Shown here piece by piece: positions 37,367 through 46,774 of a stretch of 64,000 nucleotides of DNA. The position numbers and the translations under genes were made by a program. Source of the stretch: Anaerolineales bacterium (GTDB taxonomy: Bacteria > Chloroflexota > Anaerolineae > Anaerolineales > Villigracilaceae); contig DAOTZE010000034.1 in the NCBI GenBank assembly GCA_034434495.1, forward strand, positions 14,032 through 78,031. Direction: 5' to 3'. The notes under the pieces were generated by a model that searched no databases, was not told the DNA's origin, and was given only the letters and a program-made list of their open reading frames with translations. Every line of letters begins with the position of its first letter. Positions within the stretch are counted from its first letter, which is position 1.

Positions 37367-38786
37367 TTTTGCGGCGGCGGTGATGCTCGCCTTTGTTCTT
37401 ATACATCACATCATCTGCCAGGCTGATGACTTTTTCAAGGCTCAATTCAGGAGCGCTGGTGGCGGCGCCTATTGAAACGCTTAACAAAGGCTCGCGATAA
37501 AACTTATTGTTCATTTCAACCAGCGCTTGAATATGCTTAATAAACTCATCGGCTGATTCTGCGTCTTCGTTCGGCAAGATGATTGCAAACTCATCGCCGC
37601 CAATGCGCGCCGTGAAATATTTATTGTCCGCCGCCGCATGTAAAACTTCGGCAATGCGGCGAATTAATTTATCTCCCGCTTGATGACCGTAAGTATCGTT
37701 AACTTGTTTAAGATAATTCAAATCAAGAATCACAATGCTAATTGGCTCTACGCGGTTGGTTTCAAGTTTTGCGATTGTTTCTTCAAAATAAGCGCGATTA
37801 TATAATCCCGTCATCACGTCATGCGTGCCGAGATAGCGTAAATAATTTTCGGCTTTTTTTCGAGCGGTAATATCTTGAATCGCCACGCTAACCCACGCAA
37901 AATCATTCTCATGACCCGGCATCACACGGAAGTTCAACAAAATATTTATCGGTTCGCCGCTCAGCGAATAATTGACCGCTTCGCGCTCGTAGGCTAATTT
38001 GCCGTTCCATAAATCAATTAATTCTTTGGCAAAGGAATCCCCCATTTCGTCACGAAACACTTGGCTTAAGTTGTTGAGCAATTCGCGCTTAGACGATGCG
38101 CCGAATAACTCAAGCGTTTTTTGATTGACGTTTAACACGCGAATCAAAGAAGCGCAATGAAGCGCGGCTTCGGGGTGTTCGCGCAAATAATCGTCAAAAC
38201 TGGTAACGCCTTGCGCGCGAAGCGCGTCAAAATATTTTTTAATTTCGCTGTAATCTTCTTCCCATAACGAAATCGGCGAAGATTCAAATAAACTTTCTAA
38301 CCGCTTTTCAGCGCGCTTTCTAGCAGTAATATCTTCAATGGTAACTAAGACTTTGTCCCATTTTTCTTCATGCTCTGGCAAAATGCGCCAATGCAAGATA
38401 ATGTCTAACGCTTCGCCGTCAAGGGTATAGTTGATTCCTTCGCCCGCCCACTTGACCTCTCCCCTCCACAGCGCGAGCAATTCGTCTCGAAAGTGACGCC
38501 GCATTCCATCGCGCAGCGCCAAATTCAAATTTGCAAGAAAGCTTTCCTTCGATGGGGCTTTGAACATTGAAACCGTCTGCCGATTGACGTTCAGCGTTCT
38601 GATTGCCTGCATACATATATCTATAAATTCGGGGCGCGTATCTAAATACGAATCTAAATTTTCTACGCCTTGTTTTCTCAGCTCGTCAAACAAAGTTTTG
38701 ATGCGGCTAAAATCCTGTTCCCAAAGCGAAATTGGCGCGTATTCAAACAAAGTCACCAAATACTCCTTACTGTCTGCACTAAACAT
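37350..38786 (-). CDS. Diguanylate cyclase with two PAS-like domains
   Basis: Two internally repeated PAS-like modules (SLFE.SPISLWE.D.S.IK..FD.LR.QGV), and a GGDEF domain with an intact RIGGDEFAI site and DVMTGLYNR. Confidence 0.85.
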   Translation of the reverse strand: MFSADSKEYLVTLFEYAPISLWEQDFSRIKTLFDELRKQGVENLDSYLDTRPEFIDICMQAIRTLNVNRQTVSMFKAPSKESFLANLNLALRDGMRRHFRDELLALWRGEVKWAGEGINYTLDGEALDIILHWRILPEHEEKWDKVLVTIEDITARKRAEKRLESLFESSPISLWEEDYSEIKKYFDALRAQGVTSFDDYLREHPEAALHCASLIRVLNVNQKTLELFGASSKRELLNNLSQVFRDEMGDSFAKELIDLWNGKLAYEREAVNYSLSGEPINILLNFRVMPGHENDFAWVSVAIQDITARKKAENYLRYLGTHDVMTGLYNRAYFEETIAKLETNRVEPISIVILDLNYLKQVNDTYGHQAGDKLIRRIAEVLHAAADNKYFTARIGGDEFAIILPNEDAESADEFIKHIQALVEMNNKFYREPLLSVSIGAATSAPELSLEKVISLADDVMYKNKGEHHRRRKNDPKI

Positions 38787-38893
38787 GGCTTAAGTCCTTG
38801 TAGCGCTGAGATAAACGAATATGGTTATTATACATGCGGAATAATCAAAAAAATAATTTCAACATAAAAACACTTAAGGCGTATAATATCCTC

Positions 38894-39793
38894 ATGGGTA
38901 AGCCCATCGCCTTAATTATTGAAGACGACCGCGATATTGTCGCTTTATTTCGGCATGTGCTAGATGTGGCGGGGTATCACACCGAAATCGTGCTAGACGG
39001 CAAAGACGCCATGGAGCGCTTGGGCGCGCTCACGCCAGATATCGTTTTGCTCGATTTGCAATTGCCCAGAATGAGCGGGATAGATATTCTAAAAAACATG
39101 CGCGATGACGAACGCTTAAAACGCGTGCCGGTGGTTGTTATCACAGCCTATGCCCCTATGGCAGATACCTTACCCGTAGAGCCCGATTTGCTTTTGCTTA
39201 AACCTGTGGATATTAACCAACTTAGCAATCTGGTGCAACGGTTGCAAGCCACGCAAGGCGCGCTGAATGAACCCTCTCACGATAAAATCACAGGCTTATA
39301 TTCCTATTCGTTTTTCAATGTGCGCCTTACATTTTCTTTAGAACGAATCAAACAAAGCGCGTTCCGACGGTTTGGGGTGCTATTTGCCGAAGTAGACCAA
39401 TTGCCTAAACTCAAAACCCAAATTACCCAAAGCGAATATGAATCTTTTTTACGCAAACTTGCCGACCAATTTCGGATGACGCTTCGCCCAACCGACACAA
39501 TGGCATGGTCGAGCGCGCATTATTTATTTTTTACATTAATCGAAGAAATTCCCAGCCCCGAAGCCCCGCTTAAAATCGCCTCGCGCGTAAAAGACAACAT
39601 GAAGCGCTTTATAGATAATCGCCATCATGATTTAGACATGAAAGCGAATGTCGGCGTATTATTGTGCGACTCGGAATACGAAAACATTCAAAAAATTTTA
39701 CGCGACGTTGAACTCGCTCGCACATATTTACGCGAAGGGTTATACACCAACCCTTCCATTTTTGACCGTGAAATGCTCATAGCAAAAGGTTAG
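38894..39793 (+). CDS. Response-regulator receiver fused to a degenerate GGDEF-like domain
   Basis: REC motifs (IIEDD, LLDLQLPRMSG, VITA). The GGDEF-type start DKITGLYSYSFF is present, but the active-site position reads SSAHYLF instead of GGDEF. ATG at 38894. Confidence 0.65.
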   Translation: MGKPIALIIEDDRDIVALFRHVLDVAGYHTEIVLDGKDAMERLGALTPDIVLLDLQLPRMSGIDILKNMRDDERLKRVPVVVITAYAPMADTLPVEPDLLLLKPVDINQLSNLVQRLQATQGALNEPSHDKITGLYSYSFFNVRLTFSLERIKQSAFRRFGVLFAEVDQLPKLKTQITQSEYESFLRKLADQFRMTLRPTDTMAWSSAHYLFFTLIEEIPSPEAPLKIASRVKDNMKRFIDNRHHDLDMKANVGVLLCDSEYENIQKILRDVELARTYLREGLYTNPSIFDREMLIAKG

Positions 39794-40587
39794 TCGTTAT
39801 CTTTTAATTTACTAAACACAGCCTCTAACACGCCGCCAGCCACCGCTAACGATTTATCTGAAATCAAATGAATTGAATTGGGGTCATTACGGGCGTCCAC
39901 GTCGCCAATTTTCATACCTTCTGTCACATCTACTTTGGGGTGAATTAACCCGCGCAAGATTCCATCAAACGGGCTAACGACCGCTTGATTATTTATCAAA
40001 CAAATTTTTTCGCCGGCTTTACAAAAATCGCCAATTTGTTTTAAGGCTTCTATGTTTCCATTGGCGGGCGCGCGCAATACGCGCCGCGCATCGCCATCAG
40101 GTTGTTTGCTATCCGCTTGCGTTTGTCCTTGCCAATAAACCCTGCCCAATGTATGACTGCGGCGCGTTTCTATCACGGCGTGGCAATCGGCTCCCGCGGT
40201 AAACCCGGGTCCAAGTCCGATATGAAGCGCAACTTCCACAGGTAAAGGTTCAGGTTCGGTTTTCAAAAGTCGGGCGTCAATCAAAAATGTATTTTGCGGG
40301 CTGGTTAAGAATTGATTTCTTAAGATGTTGGCTTGCGGGTCAACGATGACTGCAATTTCGCCCGCTTCCATTGTGACTTGAAACTGGTCTGCCGACGCCA
40401 ACCGCGCGACTACGCCTTCGACAGTTTGCACCCCCTCATACACCGCCTCTGAAAATGAAACCGTGCGGCGGACTGCAAGCGGTTTATCTAATTCGAGAAT
40501 GACAATTTGAAAGCCAACACGATGCAAGCGCAATGCGATTCCAGTCGCAAGGTCGCCGCCGCCGCGAATGACGATTAAAGGTTTCAT
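39790..40587 (-). CDS. YqeB-family (XdhC-related) molybdenum hydroxylase maturation protein
   Basis: 265 aa. The N-terminus IVIRGGGDLATGIALRLHRVGFQIVILELDKPLAVRRTVSFSEAVYEG matches, from memory, the EF2563/YqeB-type family linked to selenium-dependent molybdenum hydroxylases. Confidence 0.6.
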   Translation of the reverse strand: MKPLIVIRGGGDLATGIALRLHRVGFQIVILELDKPLAVRRTVSFSEAVYEGVQTVEGVVARLASADQFQVTMEAGEIAVIVDPQANILRNQFLTSPQNTFLIDARLLKTEPEPLPVEVALHIGLGPGFTAGADCHAVIETRRSHTLGRVYWQGQTQADSKQPDGDARRVLRAPANGNIEALKQIGDFCKAGEKICLINNQAVVSPFDGILRGLIHPKVDVTEGMKIGDVDARNDPNSIHLISDKSLAVAGGVLEAVFSKLKDND

Positions 40588-41282
40588 GTTTTTTGAATTT
40601 GTTCCTGTAGGAGTAAACCAAAAGTATAAATGCTGATATAGATAAAAATAAACAAAGCGGAAAATATACCAATGAACATGATTGATTGTAAACTAGGATT
40701 GCTTGAATAATACAATAATTCAACGAAACGGTCATGCGGATTAAATAACACATCCCACGAGTTCCATCGCAAAAACCTACCGATGTAAATGCCGAGGCTA
40801 GCAAGAAAACCAACGGATAATACAAATAACCAACTTGCGATTCTGCCAAACTCTCTGCGGATGATGTTTTGCATCATAAACATAGAAATTAAACCGAGCG
40901 ATAAACCTGTCCATACGAACCATAGTAGCATAAGGGTATCAAACCAAATTGGTATATCGCCAGATTTTTTCCAACTTAAATGAAACAAGTCTGTAAGAAT
41001 GTAAGGCGCATTTGGAAAAAACAAAAGCCACAGAAACGCCGCCAACGGCATAATCAGCAAAAGCGTTTTTCGATTCCATGAAAATAATTCGGCGGCGTAG
41101 GCAAACCCAAGCGGAATCCACGCTAGAAAAATATTCCAAATTAAGAAGGCGTATTCATCCGAACCGCTGAGGATGGCGCGCAACCGAAACAGGATAAACG
41201 AAAATACGGTTGCTCCGCATAGCAAAGCAAAAAGCGCGAGGCGAAACCGAGATGGATAAATTTGCCGATATAAGTTTTCCAT
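40584..41282 (-). CDS. DUF1361-like polytopic membrane protein, paralogue A
   Basis: LIWNIFLAWIPLGFAY and FFPNAPYILTDL motifs. ATG at 41282 preceded by GGAGG. There is a 4-nt overlap with the downstream yqeB-like gene. Confidence 0.65.
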   Translation of the reverse strand: MENLYRQIYPSRFRLALFALLCGATVFSFILFRLRAILSGSDEYAFLIWNIFLAWIPLGFAYAAELFSWNRKTLLLIMPLAAFLWLLFFPNAPYILTDLFHLSWKKSGDIPIWFDTLMLLWFVWTGLSLGLISMFMMQNIIRREFGRIASWLFVLSVGFLASLGIYIGRFLRWNSWDVLFNPHDRFVELLYYSSNPSLQSIMFIGIFSALFIFIYISIYTFGLLLQEQIQKT

Positions 41283-41396
41283 AACTACCTCCAAGTTGAG
41301 GCAAGTGTAAATATCTTTTCTTTCAATTGCTTGCAAAGGCTATCAGAATTAAGAGCGGTTTTCAGTAATCAAGTGAAAGAAGAAAGAGGAAAGAAA

Positions 41397-42149
41397 TTAT
41401 GAAATCGAACTTGATGGTTGTGTAGAAGCCAATTGCTCTGAAGTTTCTTGCGCTCTGACAGTTTGTTCTACCAGCATGTGGCTAAATGAATATAAAAGCA
41501 AAAACACAAATAAGAAGAAAACCGTGTATAACACGGTGAACGCGGCGAGGCGCATACTTGGGTCAATGACTATGCCTAAAATTTCCATTGCCGTTTCGGA
41601 GGGGTTTTGCAAAATGTCCCATGAGTTTAATCTCACAAATCTGCCAATATACATGCCAAAACTGCTGGCGGCGGAAATGATAAAAACAAACGCCCAGCCC
41701 ACCCACCGATTGATGGCGCGGAAAATAATATCTTGCATTAAGTAAAGCGAAATAATCCCAAGCAGGGCGCCTGTCCATGAACACCAGACGACAATGATGA
41801 CATCATACCAAAGCGGCGCGCCGACTCCGCCTGCGCGGGCTAAGTCTTGCAAATCGGTTAGCATGTAAGGCGCATTAGGAAAGAAGATAAGCCACAAAAA
41901 GGCGATTATTGGGAGGCCAATGTAGAGGGTTATTTTTTTCCAAGAAATAGCGTGAGCAAAATATGCGAGGATAAACGGAATCCAGGCAAGGAAGAGATTC
42001 CAAATTAATCCCGAATGTCTTGTGGAGTCGGTATAGGCTACGCGGGCGGCGACGAGCGCAATGCACGCTAGGCAGGCAAAGTTCAGCAAAACGAAAACAG
42101 CCAAATTGTGGCGGTTACGGTATATGTAATTTTTTATTTTGTTCATCAT
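41397..42149 (-). CDS. DUF1361-like polytopic membrane protein, paralogue B
   Basis: LIWNLFLAWIPFILAY and FFPNAPYMLTDL. It is clearly paralogous to the adjacent gene. Confidence 0.65.
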   Translation of the reverse strand: MMNKIKNYIYRNRHNLAVFVLLNFACLACIALVAARVAYTDSTRHSGLIWNLFLAWIPFILAYFAHAISWKKITLYIGLPIIAFLWLIFFPNAPYMLTDLQDLARAGGVGAPLWYDVIIVVWCSWTGALLGIISLYLMQDIIFRAINRWVGWAFVFIISAASSFGMYIGRFVRLNSWDILQNPSETAMEILGIVIDPSMRLAAFTVLYTVFFLFVFLLLYSFSHMLVEQTVRAQETSEQLASTQPSSSIS

Positions 42150-42153
42150 CTCG

Positions 42154-42648
42154 TTAAATCTTTTTTCTAAAAAATAGAATCATGTCAATATCGCCAGGCG
42201 AATGACCAAACTCCGTTAACATGGCGGCGGCTTCCGCCCGGTGTTGCGTGCCATGATTGACCACATGCAACATCGATTCCCATAAAATATTTTCGTACTT
42301 TACGCCTTCGGTGGAGGTATATTGAAACGGCGAGTTTAATTGTTCGTCTGAAACCGTTTCGACAAATTTCATTAATTCTTTTTCTTCTTCTAACCAGCGG
42401 GTATGCAAAGCCTCAAAAGTGGGAAAATCTTCTGGTTTGAATTTCACGGTCGGAGAAACGCCCTGCCAGCGGTTGCGCCAAATCCACTCGGCAAATAAGG
42501 CGTGCGTCAATGTGCCGCGAATGCCGCCGTGAGGAAATGCCGCCGAAGCAAGAAACTGCTCACTGGTCAGGTTTGAAGCGGCGGCGAAAATTTTTCCGTT
42601 TGCCCATTGGTTGTATTTGAATAACGTTTGGATATTTTGCTTATTCAT
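42154..42648 (-). CDS. DinB-family protein
   Basis: 164 aa with the KYNQWANGKI N-terminus and HVVNHGTQHRAE His triad pattern typical of DinB. Confidence 0.75.
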   Translation of the reverse strand: MNKQNIQTLFKYNQWANGKIFAAASNLTSEQFLASAAFPHGGIRGTLTHALFAEWIWRNRWQGVSPTVKFKPEDFPTFEALHTRWLEEEKELMKFVETVSDEQLNSPFQYTSTEGVKYENILWESMLHVVNHGTQHRAEAAAMLTEFGHSPGDIDMILFFRKKI

Positions 42649-43525
42649 CTTTCCTCTTCAAAAATTCTAACAAAATCGGATTCACTTCGTTTGGTTTTTC
42701 ATAATGTGGAATGTGCCCGCAATTTTCGATGGCGTGAAATTCAGTATGTGGAATGGCTTTCAAAATAATTTCGCTATGCGCAAATGGCACGGTAGTATCT
42801 TGCTTGCCCCAAAATAGTAATGTCGGTTTGCGTAATTTTCCAATTTGCTCATAAACTTCTAAAAATGAGGCGAGCATGTTGTTCCGCATGGTGGAAAGAA
42901 TGGCGCGTTTGAATCCGCTATATTGCATTTGGATTGCATACTGTTTTTGAAAATGTTCGACGAGTTCGGGGGTAAATAAATCTGAAGCCGCAGACTTAAT
43001 CATATTTTCGCTTCCAAACAGACCAAGCAGGAGTTCGCCGATGATTGGAGTTTTGACTATCTTCAACAGCGTTGATAGTTCTATTGGCTTTGCGCCGGCG
43101 GGGTCAATCAAAACATGTTTGGAGACGTAGCGCGGGTATCGCTCAATAAATTTTGCCGTAATGGGTCCGCCCATAGATAACCCCACCAAATATATGTTCC
43201 TGAAGTTTAGCGCGTCTAACAATTCTTTGAGTTGTTTGACAAACAGATGAATATCATATTTGAGATTGGGTCTATCGGAAAAGCCGCGCCCGAATAAGTC
43301 ATATCGCAATACCCGAAAACCTTGCTTAGATAAAAATTCAAACGTGGGGTCGTAAATAAAAAATGGGACGGAAAAACCATGAACCAAAACAACTACATCG
43401 CCATTTTCATGCCCGCCTAATTGATAATGCGCGATGCCATCTGAGAGTTGAATAAACGAGCCTACCGCTTCTTTACGGGTAGATTCGTTTAATGCTTTGG
43501 TTTCGTCAAGGTAGGGGAATGGCAT
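42641..43525 (-). CDS. Alpha/beta hydrolase
   Basis: HGFS oxyanion motif, GLSMGG nucleophile elbow, and a C-terminal GHIPHYE His. Confidence 0.8.
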   Translation of the reverse strand: MPFPYLDETKALNESTRKEAVGSFIQLSDGIAHYQLGGHENGDVVVLVHGFSVPFFIYDPTFEFLSKQGFRVLRYDLFGRGFSDRPNLKYDIHLFVKQLKELLDALNFRNIYLVGLSMGGPITAKFIERYPRYVSKHVLIDPAGAKPIELSTLLKIVKTPIIGELLLGLFGSENMIKSAASDLFTPELVEHFQKQYAIQMQYSGFKRAILSTMRNNMLASFLEVYEQIGKLRKPTLLFWGKQDTTVPFAHSEIILKAIPHTEFHAIENCGHIPHYEKPNEVNPILLEFLKRKDE

Positions 43526-43566
43526 TTAATCAGACAAGGGTTCTTAATAGCGGTGTCTTGTTCTTT

Positions 43567-44112
43567 TTACTTTGAGTTTTCTTCTTCTTTGCGACCTTGT
43601 ATAAATGCAAATGGGGCTAGCGTTAATTCAATCAACGCTCCTGCAAACGGTTGAAGATTAAATGCGATATTGAAATACGCCAAGGCTCCCCCCGCCAGCG
43701 CGAGCAATAAACCGCATACCCAATAAAGGCGCATTCCATACACAGTGGAAAAAGTTAGGTAGCGCCCGCCAATGACTAAAAGCATTGAAGGAAAAAACCA
43801 CAAAGGGTTCATTTGTGAAATGAGATAGGCTAAAGGCAAACAAAAAACCAACCAAAGCGTGCCTTCCATGGCTAACCCCATCAATGGGTTTCCTTGAGTT
43901 CCTCTATCAGGGCGACCTAAAGCCTTTGTAATTATTCCGCTCATAGGAGCAATAAGCGCGCCGCCAATCAACAACGCCCATATTGCCTGTTTTGTTTCTC
44001 CGTAAACGGCAATGACTCCAGCTAACGCCCACACCGCGCCTGAGACGAACATTCCAACGCCGCCGCCCAAATAGCCATAACGCATATCTTTTTGCGCATC
44101 TAAAATATTCAA
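43567..44112 (-). CDS. Hypothetical polytopic membrane protein
   Basis: 181 aa with about 5-6 hydrophobic helices. No family recognised. Confidence 0.5.
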   Translation of the reverse strand: MNILDAQKDMRYGYLGGGVGMFVSGAVWALAGVIAVYGETKQAIWALLIGGALIAPMSGIITKALGRPDRGTQGNPLMGLAMEGTLWLVFCLPLAYLISQMNPLWFFPSMLLVIGGRYLTFSTVYGMRLYWVCGLLLALAGGALAYFNIAFNLQPFAGALIELTLAPFAFIQGRKEEENSK

Positions 44113-44139
44113 TGGATTCTCCTAAACAAACATTCTCAA

Positions 44140-46344
44140 CTACTTTATCTTCCCTAACGCCCTTAACACTTGTTCAGGCGTGAATGGAAATTCATCAATC
44201 CAAACGCCTGTGGCGTCATGAATCGCCGCCGCAATGGCAGGCGCAACAGGGAGATAAGGCAATTCGCCCACGCCGCGCGCTCCCCATGGTCCATTTGGGT
44301 CCGGAATTTCTACCAAAACCGATTCTACTTTTTCAGGAATATCCCAAATCGTAGGCAATAAATAGGTGCTGAGTTGGTCGGTTAATACTTTGCCGCCTTT
44401 GGTTTTAAAGTCTTCTAAAACGGCGTATCCATGCGCTTGCACAATTGCCCCTTCAATTTGCCCGACGATTAAGTCGGGGTTAATGGCTTTGCCAACATCA
44501 TCGGCAGATAAGATACGCTTCACTCTTACATGACCTGTTTCCGTATCCACTTCCACTTCGCAGGCTTGCGCTACATACGCATATTGAAAATTCGGTGTGG
44601 AATACCCTGTCTCTTTATCCATTGGCGTTGTGCGCGGAGCAAGATACTTAAATTCAGCCACTGCAGGTCGTTCTTCATTCTTCCATTTTTCTAAAGCCAA
44701 TTCCGCCGCGCCTTTGATGGAGTTCCCCGCCATAAAGGTTAATCGTGAAGCGGAAGCGGAACCTGGGTTTTCTTGTGTGGCAGAGTCTGAAGTCTTCAAT
44801 TCAATAATGTCTGTCGGCACGTTTAGAGTGTGCGCCGCCATTTGAATCATGACAGTATGAACGCCCTGCCCCACTTCTGCCCCAGCGTGATGCAAAATCA
44901 CCTTTTCAATTTTTCCATTGCCATAAATTTCTACTTTTGCCCAACAATTTTCTTGATAGCCAAACGAAAAACCGACATTCTTAAAGCCAGCGGCAAAACC
45001 CCGACCACGTACAACGGACGGCTGACGGATTTTTTTCTGCGGTCTTCGGTCTGTTGTCTGCCGTCGTTTTTTCCACTTAAACTTATCTCTTGCCGCTTCA
45101 ATACACTGCACAATGCTCACAGGGTTTGGCGCAGGCGTGCCAACGCCCATTGTGTCGCCGTCTCGCAAAGCGTTTTTCAACCGAAACTCAACAGGGTCTA
45201 TGCCGAGTTTTTCAGCCAACTTATTCATTTGCGTTTCAGCCATAAACAAGGCTTGCGGCGCGCCAAACCCGCGAAATGCGGCGGCGGGGATATTATTGGT
45301 ATAAACGCCATACACATCCGTTTTGACATTGGGGATGAAATAAGGTCCCGTAGAGGTAATGGCGGAATTTCCTAAGACTTTATTGGTGGTGTACATATAA
45401 GCGCCGCCATCGCCAATGATTTCGTTTTCAGCGGCGATTAATTTGCCGTCTTTGGTGGCTCCCCATTTTGCCTTGAGGAAAATTTCATGACGCTTGCCAT
45501 GCCCAATGATAGATTCGCGCCGCGACCAAATAATTTTTACCGGTCTTTGTAACTTCCATGCCGCTAGCGCCAACGGAATTTGAACCGATAAATCTTCACG
45601 CCCGCCAAACGCCCCGCCAATGGCAGGGTATATCACGCGAATTTTTTCTTCGGGTAAATCTAAAGCATGAGCAATAGATTTTCTATCTGCATGAGTCCAT
45701 TGCCCCGCCGATTCGACCGCTATTAATCCATTTTCGTCAATATACGCTAAACCCGCTTCAGGCTGGAGGTAGGCATGTTCTTGCACTGGAGTATGATACT
45801 CGCCCTCGACAATGACATCGGCTTGGGCAAAGGCTTCTTCTACATTCCCTTTGCGAATTTTGTAATGCACGCAAACGTTTGTATCGCCCCTGTCGGGGTG
45901 TAAGAGAATCGCGTCCGCGCGCATAGCAGATAGAGGGTCAGTCAGAGGCGGTAAATCCTCATAATCCACTTCGATTAACTTCAGCGCGGCATGGGCTTGT
46001 TGCTCGGTGTTTGCCACCACTGCGGCAATTTGGTCGCCAACAAAGCGGACAATATCGGTATAAGGCTTGGATGAGCCAGGTCCGCAAAAAACAGGCTGGT
46101 CTGGAATTTGCAAACCGTATTCGTTATTAGGCACATCTTTTGCGGTGAAAATAGCCACAACGCCTTCCGAAGCGAGCGCTTTGCTTAAGTTAATATGTTT
46201 CACTTTGGCATGTGGGCGCTCGGCGAAGAGAATCTTCATGTGCAACATGCCAGCGCGGCGCAAATCGCCGGAGTAGGGCGTTTCGCCAGTGACTTTTCCG
46301 CGCGCATCTATACGATGATGAGATTGACCAATGACTTCGGGCAT
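44140..46344 (-). CDS. Xanthine dehydrogenase/aldehyde oxidase-family molybdopterin-binding subunit
   Basis: a/b-hammerhead N-terminus (RIDARGKVTGETPYSGD), GGAFGGRE, and GVGELP near the C-terminus. The likely ATG (MPEVIGQ) is at 46344, immediately after the upstream stop. Confidence 0.85.
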   Translation of the reverse strand: MPEVIGQSHHRIDARGKVTGETPYSGDLRRAGMLHMKILFAERPHAKVKHINLSKALASEGVVAIFTAKDVPNNEYGLQIPDQPVFCGPGSSKPYTDIVRFVGDQIAAVVANTEQQAHAALKLIEVDYEDLPPLTDPLSAMRADAILLHPDRGDTNVCVHYKIRKGNVEEAFAQADVIVEGEYHTPVQEHAYLQPEAGLAYIDENGLIAVESAGQWTHADRKSIAHALDLPEEKIRVIYPAIGGAFGGREDLSVQIPLALAAWKLQRPVKIIWSRRESIIGHGKRHEIFLKAKWGATKDGKLIAAENEIIGDGGAYMYTTNKVLGNSAITSTGPYFIPNVKTDVYGVYTNNIPAAAFRGFGAPQALFMAETQMNKLAEKLGIDPVEFRLKNALRDGDTMGVGTPAPNPVSIVQCIEAARDKFKWKKRRQTTDRRPQKKIRQPSVVRGRGFAAGFKNVGFSFGYQENCWAKVEIYGNGKIEKVILHHAGAEVGQGVHTVMIQMAAHTLNVPTDIIELKTSDSATQENPGSASASRLTFMAGNSIKGAAELALEKWKNEERPAVAEFKYLAPRTTPMDKETGYSTPNFQYAYVAQACEVEVDTETGHVRVKRILSADDVGKAINPDLIVGQIEGAIVQAHGYAVLEDFKTKGGKVLTDQLSTYLLPTIWDIPEKVESVLVEIPDPNGPWGARGVGELPYLPVAPAIAAAIHDATGVWIDEFPFTPEQVLRALGKIK
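45001..45066. repeat. 7-nt-periodic repeat block embedded in-frame in the XDH-family CDS
   Basis: Plus strand: ...TCTGCGG TCTTCGG TCTGTTG TCTGCCG. Coding strand: CGGCAGA CAACAGA CCGAAGA CCGCAGA. It encodes the basic insert KKRRQTTDRRPQKKIRQPSVVRG. CAGACAACAGACCG closely matches the intergenic CAGACGACAGACCG at 57553-57566. Confidence 0.65.
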
Positions 46345-46345
46345 T

Positions 46346-46768
46346 TTATCGTTTGTATTTTTTGAACTTAACATTTGGAGGAGGCACATCTAATGGACCG
46401 TAACGCGGCGGTCCGACGAGGCGATAGATAAATGCATACACCACTGACATAACCCCGCCAAGCAAAATTATATACAAAAGGCTAGTTACGGCGTAGGCGT
46501 AAAAATGTCTGGTGTTGGTAATGGGGCTGAGGAGTAGCATTAAACCGTCTGAAGCGTAAAACCAATTGGGGTAACGCGGAAAGCCAAGTAATTGGTATGG
46601 AATTGCCCAGCGATTATCTAAGCCATAATCAATAGTTAGCACAGCCGCCGCTATAGAAATAGCGGGGACGATGAGCATCATAATACATCCAATACCGCGC
46701 CAAGCCACATGCACGCCTCTGTTTTTTTCTTTCACAACTTTTTTTGATAGACTTTGATATTTGCCCAT
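46346..46768 (-). CDS. Small hypothetical membrane protein (2-3 TM) wedged between the XDH subunit genes
   Basis: 140 aa with hydrophobic helices IGCIMMLIVPAISIAAAVL and LLYIILLGGVMSVVYAFIY. The gaps to both neighbours are 1-6 nt. Confidence 0.55.
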   Translation of the reverse strand: MGKYQSLSKKVVKEKNRGVHVAWRGIGCIMMLIVPAISIAAAVLTIDYGLDNRWAIPYQLLGFPRYPNWFYASDGLMLLLSPITNTRHFYAYAVTSLLYIILLGGVMSVVYAFIYRLVGPPRYGPLDVPPPNVKFKKYKR

Positions 46769-46774
46769 AAAACC

